Counted from the first letter of the stretch, positions 7,935 to 16,687 are shown. The stretch: DNA of 64,000 bases from a virus (IMGVR_UViG_3300011013_000008:1-64000), one strand, 5' to 3'. Translations and numbers: made by a program. The notes: generated by a model from the sequence alone, not told the origin.

Positions 7935-8256
7935 AGATGTATTAGACACCTACAGCTATATATTTGGTAGTATCTATGGAGTACCTGAGGGTTCAAAAGA
8001 CCCTGAATTTGTACTAGCAGAAACTTTTAATATTAAAGATGTAACTTTTGAAAAACCAAACTACGATCTTGACAAAGCAGAAGAAGTATTTATGCGTCTA
8101 GTAGAAGAGATTGAAGGTGTGCAAGCAAATATTAAATATGCTAGAGAAGTAATAGGTGCTATTCCTAGTAAGATAGTAAAGTTATTTGATAAGAAAATTG
8201 AAAAATTAACTAGTGATATTATGTTACTTGCTACAAATACAGTAATTGAGGATTAA
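7921..8256 (+). CDS. hypothetical protein
   Basis: ORF in operon. Confidence 0.6.
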   Translation: MKNTKDVLDTYSYIFGSIYGVPEGSKDPEFVLAETFNIKDVTFEKPNYDLDKAEEVFMRLVEEIEGVQANIKYAREVIGAIPSKIVKLFDKKIEKLTSDIMLLATNTVIED

Positions 8257-8467
8257 AATGGAAAAAACAGGAATAATAATTACATTTATTATAGCTTCAT
8301 GTATTACAGCTAATATAGGTATATCCTTACTTTATTGGAATGCTACAAATCAAAAGATTGTAGATATGGTAAAAGATGGAGTTGATCCAGTTGCAGCTAT
8401 TTGCGCAATACAGGATGATTATGGTAAGATGCCTGTATGTATTGCTTTAGCAGCTAAGGACAAGTAA
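8246..8467 (+). CDS. hypothetical membrane protein
   Basis: N-terminal hydrophobic helix. Confidence 0.6.
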   Translation: MRIKMEKTGIIITFIIASCITANIGISLLYWNATNQKIVDMVKDGVDPVAAICAIQDDYGKMPVCIALAAKDK

Positions 8468-8469
8468 GA

Positions 8470-8751
8470 ATGAATGCAGAGGAAGCTAGAAAATTAACTA
8501 AACATATTTTAGAAATAAATATGTCTATGTATATTGATATTATAGATAATAGAATAAAAGATGCAGCTAAAAAAGGTAAGTATGAAATAATAAATCCTCA
8601 TATTTATGTTAAGAGTACTTTATCTCTTAATAGTAAAGAACAGGATTTAGTACGCCTTTACTATGAAAATCAAGGTTTTAAGTGGACTAAGCATGAAAAT
8701 ACTGATCCACGTAATCCCTCAAGTTCGGAATATATAACACTCAGGTGGTAA
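8470..8751 (+). CDS. hypothetical phage protein
   Basis: MNAEEARKLT...I...IK.AA..G pattern common in small phage proteins. Confidence 0.65.
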   Translation: MNAEEARKLTKHILEINMSMYIDIIDNRIKDAAKKGKYEIINPHIYVKSTLSLNSKEQDLVRLYYENQGFKWTKHENTDPRNPSSSEYITLRW

Positions 8752-8928
8752 ACTAGAATGAATTGGCAGGATTTATAAATGGCAACTTGGTATAATAATG
8801 GATACCCTACTACACATGATATTCTGTAGCACATACTTTACCTCTAGCAGACGCAATAAGAGCGTATGAGGGCATTGGATACCACTGTGTTAAGTTAAAA
8901 CTAGAGGTAATACCTTAAAAATTCTATG

Positions 8929-8957
8929 TTGACAATGTCAGCTTAATTTGGTATAAT
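8929..8957 (+). promoter_or_regulatory. sigma70 promoter
   Basis: TTGACA-17-TATAAT followed by conserved ATTTATATTGAA. Confidence 0.85.
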
Positions 8958-9102
8958 ATTTATATTGAAATTTATTAAGAAAAAATGTTTTATTTAGTTT
9001 TACACTGTTCACTGTGCTAGCAATAATTTACTTTATTTTTAGTGCTGCACAATTATTCAAGAGTTAATTTAAAAATAACTTAGCTACCTTGAAAAATTTA
9101 TC

Positions 9103-9131
9103 TTGACATTGTTGTCTGATTTTGATATAAT
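9103..9131 (+). promoter_or_regulatory. sigma70 promoter
   Basis: TTGACA-17-TATAAT + ATTTATATTGAA. Confidence 0.85.
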
Positions 9132-9363
9132 ATTTATATTGAATTTAGAAAATAAAAATTAGACAAAATTCAATCGTTTTAAACTTTTCCCCGTTAATAT
9201 AAAGTTGCGATAATTTGCTGAGTTTGTTCGCTCTCCCTACTTCCTTTAAAGTGACAGAGATTAACATAAACCAGCACTATTTCGAGTAACTAGAGGCCAT
9301 CTTTAGGTATGGATAGAGTTTTAATGTTCTGGGAAACGTCTCAGCAGAACACTCAACTAATTA

Positions 9364-9438
9364 CTTACGGTAGAATAATGGTTAGTTCACCAGACTTTCA
9401 ATCTGGATATCGGAGTTCGACTCTCCGTCGTAAGACCA
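9364..9438 (+). tRNA. tRNA-Glu(TTC)
   Basis: cloverleaf, CCAGA-CTTTCAA-TCTGG, encoded CCA. Confidence 0.9.
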
Positions 9439-9446
9439 AGTAATAT

Positions 9447-9536
9447 ACTCATATGGCGGATATTGGAATACGCGCAGAGTAAGATCCTCTGTATACCTTA
9501 AGGTATAAGCAAGTTCGAATCTTGTTATGAGTACCA
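9447..9536 (+). tRNA. type II (Leu-like) tRNA with aberrant anticodon loop TAAGATC
   Basis: ACTCATA/TATGAGT-A-CCA, Leu-like D arm, long variable arm. Confidence 0.65.
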
Positions 9537-9624
9537 AATAATATACTAAGTCACGTATTAACGAACAGTTATAGCCAACTTACGATCTGGTTAGAGAGTC
9601 AGATTATATTTAATAAGGAGTCAT

Positions 9625-9891
9625 ATGACAGAAGCAGAGATAAGGAAGTCAATACGTGCATTACATACTGCGTATGACGAAGCAACAGATAAGTATAAGG
9701 ATGACTTACAAGTAGTACAAGGGATGTGTAGCCATAGTAAAGTATCTAAGTGGGAATACCGCTTAGATACTTATGGCGAAATTGCCTCTAACGAGGATGG
9801 TATATGTTATGTATATCAAGAATGTTATAATTGTGGAAAAGTAGAACGTAAACTAAGAGATAATTATTATGATAGTGAAATACCTTTTTAA
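9625..9891 (+). CDS. hypothetical protein (CxH...CxxC)
   Basis: AAGGAG RBS. Confidence 0.7.
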   Translation: MTEAEIRKSIRALHTAYDEATDKYKDDLQVVQGMCSHSKVSKWEYRLDTYGEIASNEDGICYVYQECYNCGKVERKLRDNYYDSEIPF

Positions 9892-9899
9892 TAACTCAT

Positions 9900-9929
9900 T
9901 TGCATTAATGCTTGTTAAACTGATATAAT
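9900..9929 (+). promoter_or_regulatory. sigma70-like promoter
   Basis: TTGCAT-18-TATAAT + ATTTATATTGAA. Confidence 0.65.
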
Positions 9930-10010
9930 ATTTATATTGAATAATTTAGTGAAAACGAGACGATAAAACATATTTATTTTTGACTCCAATAGTAGCTAAA
10001 TTATTCTCAT

Positions 10011-10040
10011 TTGATTTCATCTTAGTTAAAGTGATATAAT
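10011..10040 (+). promoter_or_regulatory. sigma70-like promoter ahead of the non-coding block
   Basis: TTGATT-18-TATAAT + ATTTATATTGAA. Confidence 0.7.
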
Positions 10041-10259
10041 ATTTATATTGAAATTAGAAACAAAAAGAAAGATAGTATTTGGCAGCCAGCCCCAATAGTA
10101 CCTACTAAGTGGAGAACAAGGCTGAAAAACCATTATGCTATTTTTCTCTTGGTTTCTTGCTTATTACAGAAATTATAAGAAAAATGTACCCGGAAAGGTA
10201 GTTTAAGCAAGAAACCTTCCAAATTCCCACTAGCCCTAATGAATTTAGGGGAAGTAACG

Positions 10260-11120
10260 CAAGGATGGAACTTGCAAGAATAAATGAATTTAACTAGAGA
10301 TAGTTAATAGGTCGTTCAGGATCTTTATAATAATACATAGCAATATGTGAAAGGGTTTACATTATCGAAACCCGCCGATTTTATCTTCGGATAGAATGGT
10401 TTATCTGAAAAAGCCAAGTCGTTAAAGCCCAATTCTTGGTTGGGACTTTATTGTGACAAGTAGTAGAGCTAGTAATAATCAAAAGCTAGAAGGTCAGTAA
10501 AATGATTCTTTAACTCTGCGTAAAACAATAGCAATAAACGATAAAGAGTAAATTAATAGTTCAAGTGGTCACACAAGAGCATTAGTTAGATTTAATGGTG
10601 GTAAAACATCGTGAAAGTCAGTTAGTAGTTGGAATATACGAAAACAGCAAGGTTGAAGAGTATTTTGTTCCTCAAAAGGGAATGAAGCTAAAGACCCTTC
10701 CTCAACCTAAATGATAATATTGCAAAATAGTCTAAAGGTAGGACGACATTATATCAGAATGTAGTTATGGGTTCAATTCCCGTTTTTGAAACTTAAAAAT
10801 GCAAAGCGAAGGGTCAGGTATAGCTGAAAATCTTTTATTCCAGATTAGCTGGAGACTCAAACCTCGCAAGGGTACGAGTTCTGTTACTAGATATTCATAT
10901 TCTCTTAGCGGAGGAGAATGGCTCGCAAGGTCAGTGGATGTAAGGTAGCTGAGTAGGTTATATGTATAGGTCAAACGCTAGACCTGTAAACAAAATAGCA
11001 AAGTTGGTAATATACTAAAGTACCGTTACAAGGACTTTAGTGGAAAAGGTAGCAACCATTCTGTGAGAGGAACTGGGTAATCTACTAAAAGTATTACTGT
11101 TATAACTTATATTCTCAGAG
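10260..11120 (+). ncRNA. GOLLD-like giant non-coding RNA (boundaries approximate)
   Basis: ~860 nt with no plus-strand ORF, many GNRA/UUCG hairpins, long-range helix GACCCTTC(10693)/GAAGGGTC(10808) enclosing a tRNA-like insert, located in a phage tRNA cluster. Confidence 0.6.
10721..10791 (+). pseudogene. tRNA-like element embedded in the large ncRNA
   Basis: D arm, ACATT-ATATCAG-AATGT, ATGGG-TTCAATT-CCCGT; weak acceptor stem, no CCA. Confidence 0.55.
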
Positions 11121-11250
11121 TTATCTTTACTAAAGAAATCTTAATCTCGTTTGTAGCTAATGCAGTCCCCAGGCAATTGTAGTTAGAGATAGTATGCTAG
11201 ACCATTTCTGGGTAGACGGTTGCGTATTTTAGATTTCTTTATTAAAGAAT

Positions 11251-11415
11251 CCCTATTTAGCTACACAGTAAAGTTAGCTGGTGATCTAATTTCCGTGTTG
11301 TAGTACGTTAAACTACTAGTGGGGTAGGCACTATAACCTGCTGTGTAAATACACACCCTTATCATGTAATGATCTCGTAAAACATGTAAAACAAATAGAT
11401 CAGGTTTTTATAGGG
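11251..11415 (+). ncRNA. putative structured RNA with tandem H-type pseudoknots
   Basis: closing helices CCCTAT/ATAGGG and TGATCTA/TAGATCA; two adjacent pseudoknot-compatible motifs. Confidence 0.45.
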
Positions 11416-11532
11416 TGCTTAGTTTTGACCTTTGTGATAAAATAAAACTGAGGAATCAGCGTATGGTATCGCTTGCTTTTGCAAATATTACCAGTAACAC
11501 CAGCTTACTTTAGGGTTGAAATCCAAGCTGGT

Positions 11533-11739
11533 AATCTTTAATATAATTACTTTAGAAGATTGTGGAGAATGCCCACGATATGTGAACTAATATACTACTT
11601 TGAATTCGAATAACAAGTAGTTGCGGTGCAGATTAGTATAACTTGTGTTAGCTACACGAAGGAAAGCTAATTGATTAATATTGATAATATTAATCACGAT
11701 CTCCAAGCGGAGGAAAATTTAGTAATTATATTAAAGATT
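11533..11739 (+). ncRNA. putative RNA bracketed by a perfect 19 bp inverted repeat
   Basis: AATCTTTAATATAATTACT ... AGTAATTATATTAAAGATT. Confidence 0.45.
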
Positions 11740-11742
11740 TAA

Positions 11743-11818
11743 AGCAGAGTATATCAGTGGTCAGATTGCTAGGCTCATAACCTAGAGGACAGCGGTTCGA
11801 ATCCGCTCTCTGCAACCA
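11743..11818 (+). tRNA. tRNA-Met(CAT), probably initiator
   Basis: 1:72 mismatch, CTAGG-CTCATAA-CCTAG, CCA. Confidence 0.85.
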
Positions 11819-11830
11819 ATTAAAGGAATT

Positions 11831-11890
11831 GTCCTGTAGCTAAAAGGATTATCTTACATGTGATAAGTTGAGTACTTTACAGGACTACTA
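11831..11890 (+). pseudogene. decayed copy of tRNA-Val(TAC)
   Basis: shares GTCCTGTAGCTAAAAG, TTACATG.GATA and CAGGACTAC with tRNA-Val at 15459; T arm destroyed. Confidence 0.6.
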
Positions 11891-11961
11891 ATTTCAGTGC
11901 CTACAATGAAGCTGCTTTAAAATACCATAAAGAATTTGCAGTATTAAATAAGATTAAATAG

Positions 11962-12105
11962 ATGAACAAAGAATCAACTAAGAAATGCCCTAAATGTGCT
12001 AATGAAAAATTAGCATTAATTAGGACACATAATCTTAAATTCTGTTGCAAATGTAATCTATTTATACCTTGGTATCTAGAAAAGGGTCAGAAACCTTTAC
12101 ATTGA
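11962..12105 (+). CDS. 47 aa zinc-ribbon protein (not in ORF track)
   Basis: CPKC...CCKC...IPWYL. Confidence 0.55.
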   Translation: MNKESTKKCPKCANEKLALIRTHNLKFCCKCNLFIPWYLEKGQKPLH

Positions 12106-12112
12106 TATTATC

Positions 12113-12192
12113 GCTCTGGTATGGTCAAAGGTGAAACCAGCGGCACTGTTAATGCTAGCCCGTAGGCAGATTCGATTTCTGCTACCAGAGCA
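12113..12192 (+). tRNA. tRNA-Asn(GTT), atypical or pseudo
   Basis: CTGTTAA loop, GCTCTGG/CCAGAGC; extra bases at the T/acceptor junction, no CCA. Confidence 0.5.
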
Positions 12193-12242
12193 ATAATATG
12201 AATTTGAGTACACTTAAGGATGAGAGTACTTCAATCAGTTTT

Positions 12243-12360
12243 AGGAAGTCTACAGCAATATAAACATACTCTGATAAAGCCGTGGTCGTAGGTTCGAGTC
12301 CTACATACTTACTTAGTAAGTATTAGCTCAGTTGGTAGAGCACGTAGTTACGTACTTCCT
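12243..12360 (+). ncRNA. YrlA-like (Y RNA) tRNA mimic with permuted T-arm / closed acceptor / D-arm domain
   Basis: terminal helix AGGAAGT/ACTTCCT; inside GTAGG-TTCGAGT-CCTAC, then ATACTTAC-TTA-GTAAGTAT, then GCTC-AGTTGGTA-GAGC; next to a TROVE-like gene. Confidence 0.8.
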
Positions 12361-12374
12361 GTTCAAATAACTTT

Positions 12375-12423
12375 AGGTTCAGTTCAGCAAACAATATATT
12401 ATGTTAAATATAAAGATGAACCT
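12375..12423 (+). ncRNA. second short Y-like RNA (CAGCAA motif)
   Basis: AGGTTCA/TGAACCT helix, N3-CAGCAA, 3' CCTGTT: same layout as 12243-12360. Confidence 0.65.
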
Positions 12424-12442
12424 GTTAAACAAAGAGATAAAA

Positions 12443-13843
12443 ATGAATTTAGTAAATGCAATCCAAAATCAACCAGCATATACAGAAAATGGTATGCCTG
12501 CTCGTAAATCTACAGCTAATGCATGTGTAGATTTATTCTCTAGCATTGGTGCGTCAAGAGGAAAGAATATAATCCCTCAATTTATGGCAGCTTATGTAGA
12601 AAATAGAGAAATAGCTTTGCGTATTATGTTATGGGCTAGAGATATTCGTGGTGGAGCTGGTGAAAGACAACTATTTAAAGATGTTTTAATATCTAATCTA
12701 CCAACTTATGATTCGGCATTACTTGCTAGTAAAATTCCAGAATTAGGGCGTTGGGATGATTTATTAATATTCGTAGATACACCTTTAGAAGGTAGAGCAT
12801 TTGCAACTATCGGAGCAGCATTAAAAAGAGGTAATACTCTCTGTGCTAAGTGGATGCCGCGTAAAGGCCGCGTAGCGGCCAAACTGCGTAAGTATCTTAA
12901 ATTATCGCCAAAAGCATATCGAAAACTACTTGTTAGTTTAACTGACGTAGTAGAAACCCAAATGTGTAGTAACAATTGGGATGAAATTAATTATGAACAT
13001 GTGCCATCGCTGGCCTCCGCCAGATATAAGAAGGCATTTGAACGTCATGGGCATAGTTTTTCCGCTTATGTAGAAAAACTAGCAAAAGGAGAAGCTAAAG
13101 TTAACGCTGCAGCTGTATATCCTCATGACGTTATAAAAACTATAGTTCCAAATCCCTGGGGTCTAAAAAGCCAAGCCTCAGAAACAGAACTAAATCACAT
13201 TATAGCACAATGGAAAGCTTTGCCAGATTATATGTCAGATGCAAAGATATTTCCTATGATAGATGTATCAAGTTCAATGGATATAGGTTCTTCTAATGTA
13301 AGACCTGTAGACGTGGCCATTGCACTAGGATTGTATGTAGCAGATAAGAATAAAGGTGTTTTAAAGGATGCGTATTTAACCTTCTCTAGAGTACCTAAAA
13401 TTAAAGTAGCTAAAGGTAATATTGTACAAAAAGTACAACAACTTGATCGTAGATTTGCTGAAAATACAGACCTAGAAGCAGCGTTAAAACTGTTGCTAGT
13501 AACTGCTATTAACGGTAATGTATCTCAAGATGATATGCCTAGTACTTTAGTTATATTCTCTGATATGCAATTTGATTACTGTATGGGTAAACCATCAGAT
13601 ACTGCAATACAAGCTATCAGACGTAATTATGAGGCTGCAGGATATCAAGCTCCAAATATTGTATTTTGGAACTTGCGAGCTACTGATAATGTTCCAGTTC
13701 ATTTTAATGAACAGGGAGTAGCATTAGTAAGTGGATTTTCTCCAGCTATAATGAAATCAGTGCTGCAAGCAGACCCTGGAAACTTTACTCCTTATGGAAT
13801 GATGTTATCCACTGTTATGAGTGATAGATATAGTTTAGATTGA
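12443..13843 (+). CDS. DUF2828 family / Ro60-TROVE-like protein with C-terminal vWA domain
   Basis: RDIRGGAGER, GRWDDL, AKWMPR, VETQMC, YPHD, MIDAS-like DVSSS, SDMQFD, IVFWNL, VSGFSP; start moved to ATG 12443. Confidence 0.85.
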   Translation: MNLVNAIQNQPAYTENGMPARKSTANACVDLFSSIGASRGKNIIPQFMAAYVENREIALRIMLWARDIRGGAGERQLFKDVLISNLPTYDSALLASKIPELGRWDDLLIFVDTPLEGRAFATIGAALKRGNTLCAKWMPRKGRVAAKLRKYLKLSPKAYRKLLVSLTDVVETQMCSNNWDEINYEHVPSLASARYKKAFERHGHSFSAYVEKLAKGEAKVNAAAVYPHDVIKTIVPNPWGLKSQASETELNHIIAQWKALPDYMSDAKIFPMIDVSSSMDIGSSNVRPVDVAIALGLYVADKNKGVLKDAYLTFSRVPKIKVAKGNIVQKVQQLDRRFAENTDLEAALKLLLVTAINGNVSQDDMPSTLVIFSDMQFDYCMGKPSDTAIQAIRRNYEAAGYQAPNIVFWNLRATDNVPVHFNEQGVALVSGFSPAIMKSVLQADPGNFTPYGMMLSTVMSDRYSLD

Positions 13844-13845
13844 TT

Positions 13846-13881
13846 AAAAGGCTTATATGGGAAACTGTATAAGCCTTTTTT
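13846..13881 (+). terminator. rho-independent terminator
   Basis: AAAAGGCTTATATGG-GAAA-CTGTATAAGCC-TTTTTT. Confidence 0.8.
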
Positions 13882-13884
13882 ATT

Positions 13885-13958
13885 GCTTGCGATGCCGAAC
13901 GATTAGTCTGCTGTCTGAAAAACAGTAATTAGTGGGTTTGACTCCTATCGTAAGCTCC
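13885..13958 (+). tRNA. tRNA-Phe(GAA), degenerate D arm
   Basis: GCTGT-CTGAAAA-ACAGT; GCTTGCG/CGTAAGC. Confidence 0.6.
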
Positions 13959-14049
13959 GGAAGGTTAACTAGACAGGGTTCTAGGCTCGCTTGGAAAGCG
14001 AAGCGTTTCACGCGAGTGGGATTGATTTCGATTATCAAGCCTTCCTCCA
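13959..14049 (+). tRNA. tRNA-Ser(GGA)
   Basis: long variable arm, TTGGAAA loop, CCA. Confidence 0.85.
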
Positions 14050-14058
14050 ATAAATTAT

Positions 14059-14148
14059 GGTAGGTACCGTCCACCGGAGGACAATCGGCCTTGAAAGCCG
14101 TTGGGATCGTTAAGAGCGTTCGGAGTTCGAGTCTTCTACCTACTTCCA
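14059..14148 (+). tRNA. tRNA-Ser(TGA)
   Basis: CTTGAAA loop, long variable arm, CCA. Confidence 0.85.
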
Positions 14149-14168
14149 CACAACAAAAAGGTAATAAA

Positions 14169-14408
14169 ATGTTAAAATGTGATAAAGATGGAGTACCATA
14201 TATTGTTCAACACTTAGTCTTTACTGACGCTTTTACAGTAAGAGTAGTTTATTTCGATGAATCAGCTCTAATATTTGATGAGGGTAAATTAATAAATACA
14301 CCTAGTATATGTAATTATAAACAAGAAAAGTACTTAGATGCAGTTGCAGCAGCAGAGAAATGGTGGCATATTAATAAGGAGAAGGAAAATGAAATGGAAA
14401 ACTATTAA
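14169..14408 (+). CDS. hypothetical protein
   Basis: start at MLKCDK after AAGG; upstream part of the ORF-track call overlaps a tRNA. Confidence 0.6.
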   Translation: MLKCDKDGVPYIVQHLVFTDAFTVRVVYFDESALIFDEGKLINTPSICNYKQEKYLDAVAAAEKWWHINKEKENEMENY

Positions 14409-14856
14409 TAAAATACCAGTAGATATTTATGTAGAACTACAAAAATACTTACATAAAGAAGATATTATCTTTCATATTGGTACTGATGCACAAACTGCTG
14501 GTAAAAATATGGCTGACTTCGCTACTGTTATTGTAGTTCATACAGTAGGAAGAGGTGCAAGAGTATTCTACTGGAAAGAGAAGAAAGTTAGAGTAAATTC
14601 ACTGTGGGAAAAACTTTATGGTGAAACTGAACGCTCTTTAAGAATAGCTATTGACCTGACTAAAGTATTTGGACAGGATATTACTGAAGATATTCTAGTA
14701 CACGTAGATGCAAATACAGATACTAAATATGCTTCTAGTAATCATGTAAAAGCTCTAGCGGGAATGGTTATTGGTTACGGATTTAAGCATGTTTTAAAAC
14801 CGTATGCGTGGGCAAGTTCACACTGTGCCGATCATATTGTCAAGAATAAAAATTAG
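14389..14856 (+). CDS. RNase H-like protein, YkuK/DUF458 family
   Basis: IGTDAQ, FATVIVVH, E...S..IA, VHVDAN, KPYAWASS.CAD. Confidence 0.8.
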   Translation: MKWKTINKIPVDIYVELQKYLHKEDIIFHIGTDAQTAGKNMADFATVIVVHTVGRGARVFYWKEKKVRVNSLWEKLYGETERSLRIAIDLTKVFGQDITEDILVHVDANTDTKYASSNHVKALAGMVIGYGFKHVLKPYAWASSHCADHIVKNKN

Positions 14857-14881
14857 TAGTTATAAGCATAGAAATTTACAG

Positions 14882-14911
14882 TTGATAATTAGTTTCTTTA
14901 TTTGATATAAT
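14882..14911 (+). promoter_or_regulatory. sigma70-like promoter
   Basis: TTGATA-18-TATAAT + ATTTATATTGAA. Confidence 0.7.
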
Positions 14912-14938
14912 ATTTATATTGAATCGGAGAAATTATAA

Positions 14939-15448
14939 ATGAATGAACAACAATTAAAACTTTTAGGTAATAAGTATATGCAAGAGCATGGCCTAATTGA
15001 TTTAGGTTGGACTTTTGAAACTATGCTTAGTTCATCTTTTTATGGTGATTGTGATGATAATAGAAAGCGTATTCGTGTTTCTTCTTTTATAGCTAAATAT
15101 GAGCCTTATGATAAGATTGTAGATACTATTTTACATGAAATTGCTCATGCTCTAGTTGGTTGTTGGCAAGGTCATAACAAAATCTGGAAAGCTAAAGCTA
15201 GAGAAATTGGTGCTAAGCCAAAATCATGCCATGAATACTGTAAGGCTACTACTCAAGCTATTCTAGCCGAAAAAACAAAATATGTTATGTGTTATGGTGA
15301 TAAAGTAGTTAAAGCTTATTCTAGAAAGCCGAATAAGAAAACAATAGCTAATATTGCTAATTATTGGGCTACTGGTAAGAAAAAAGAAACTTACGGTAAA
15401 CTAGCAATTGAAGAATTCGATGCTTCTAGGCATAAGGAGTATATTTAA
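14939..15448 (+). CDS. SprT-like zinc metalloprotease
   Basis: TILHEIAHALVG...GHNKIWK. Confidence 0.85.
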   Translation: MNEQQLKLLGNKYMQEHGLIDLGWTFETMLSSSFYGDCDDNRKRIRVSSFIAKYEPYDKIVDTILHEIAHALVGCWQGHNKIWKAKAREIGAKPKSCHEYCKATTQAILAEKTKYVMCYGDKVVKAYSRKPNKKTIANIANYWATGKKKETYGKLAIEEFDASRHKEYI

Positions 15449-15458
15449 ATAGAACAAT

Positions 15459-15531
15459 AGTCCTGTAGCTAAAAGTATAGCGATCGCGTTACATGCGATA
15501 GGATGAAGGATCGAACCTTCCAGGACTACCA
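15459..15531 (+). tRNA. tRNA-Val(TAC)
   Basis: ATCGC-GTTACAT-GCGAT, CCA. Confidence 0.8.
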
Positions 15532-15537
15532 AATAAT

Positions 15538-15610
15538 GCGTTGTTAGTATAATTGGTAATACATCGTACTTTTAATACGAAAGATGGGAGTTCAACTCTC
15601 CTGCGACGCA
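15538..15610 (+). tRNA. tRNA-Lys(TTT)
   Basis: TCGTA-CTTTTAA-TACGA. Confidence 0.85.
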
Positions 15611-15800
15611 CAGAACTATCAGTGTAGTGAGCTTTAAATCACTCTTTAGGTGACTGGATGCAGCCAAGGTTAAAGTAAATGACCAAATATGCAGCGTGTC
15701 GATTGCGTTACCCGTCGGGCTATGGTAGTATCCGAGTTTCTACCAACTTTTAATATGAACTATTAGTAATTCATATCAAAGGTTAATAAAAAAATTAATA

Positions 15801-15829
15801 TTGACATTTACTTTGAAATTTGATATAAT
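15801..15829 (+). promoter_or_regulatory. sigma70 promoter
   Basis: TTGACA-17-TATAAT. Confidence 0.85.
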
Positions 15830-15851
15830 AGTTTTTTAAATTAAAATATTT

Positions 15852-15933
15852 GGTTGTGTAGACGCGTATGGATCGCGAGCAGATTGTAAACCTGTTCCTA
15901 ACGGCAGTGTAGGTTCAATTCCTACCACAACCA
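15852..15933 (+). tRNA. tRNA-Tyr(GTA)
   Basis: TTGTAAA loop, variable arm, GGTTGTG/CACAACC. Confidence 0.8.
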
Positions 15934-15960
15934 AACAACCAAACAACAAAAGGTAATAAA

Positions 15961-16683
15961 ATGGTAAACATTGTAGGACTAAAGTCAGACTTAAATAGCT
16001 TAGATGAATATATAAATAATGAAGATATTCCTATAAACGAAGAATATCTTATCTATACAGGCAATAATAATAAGTCTAAATACATATTCTATGTAGTAAG
16101 TATAGATAGTAATAGTATTACTGTAAAAAATGCTACACGTAGTGATAATAGAGATAGTAATTGGGTTAACAAAATAGATCCAGTAAATAAAGTACCTTTT
16201 ATTCCTGTAATTGATCTAACTAAAAAGGAATTAAAAGAAATATTAATTCCTGCAGCGTATGATAAATTAAAGCAATCTGATACATTTAAACTATGTAAAA
16301 GTAATAAACAACAAGTTAAACAACAAGAGAAACCTAAAATGAAAATTGAAAATAAAATTATGCAAAATAACACTAAAGCGGCGAAGGCTGCTGCGCAGCT
16401 AGCGGCCGGTAATGTACTTAATAAAACTATTGCAGCAAAGGTAAAACCTCAACTGCCTATGTTTGTTAAAGGTTATGCAGATCATCCTCTAGCTAATGTA
16501 GTTATTGCTAACATTGCAGCTTTTGCAGTACAGAACTTTGCAGCAGATAATGCTAAAGCTGTATGGGCGTCTAACTCGATGATGATTGCCGCTATGGCAG
16601 AGTTTATGCAATCCTTTAATCTGGAAAAAATTGTAGATGAAGTATTGTCTAGCGTTACTATTCCTGATGAAGTAGGAGAATAA
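15961..16683 (+). CDS. hypothetical protein with Ala-rich C-terminal domain
   Basis: 240 aa ORF, AAGG RBS. Confidence 0.7.
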   Translation: MVNIVGLKSDLNSLDEYINNEDIPINEEYLIYTGNNNKSKYIFYVVSIDSNSITVKNATRSDNRDSNWVNKIDPVNKVPFIPVIDLTKKELKEILIPAAYDKLKQSDTFKLCKSNKQQVKQQEKPKMKIENKIMQNNTKAAKAAAQLAAGNVLNKTIAAKVKPQLPMFVKGYADHPLANVVIANIAAFAVQNFAADNAKAVWASNSMMIAAMAEFMQSFNLEKIVDEVLSSVTIPDEVGE

Positions 16684-16687
16684 ATAA

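Noticed and set aside
12279-12343. Genuine permuted tRNA-Ile gene
   Set aside because: The acceptor is closed by a 3 nt loop without CCA, the anticodon stem cannot fully re-form, and an intact Ile(GAT) gene exists at 22767; YrlA-like topology fits better
12401-12442. ORF-track N-terminal extension of the DUF2828 gene
   Set aside because: It overlaps the second CAGCAA RNA; an RBS-like AAGAGA precedes ATG 12443
15615-15750. Twister or other self-cleaving ribozyme after tRNA-Lys
   Set aside because: Only a vague ATGCAGCC...ATGCAG resemblance; the conserved core could not be assembled. It may still be a structured RNA.
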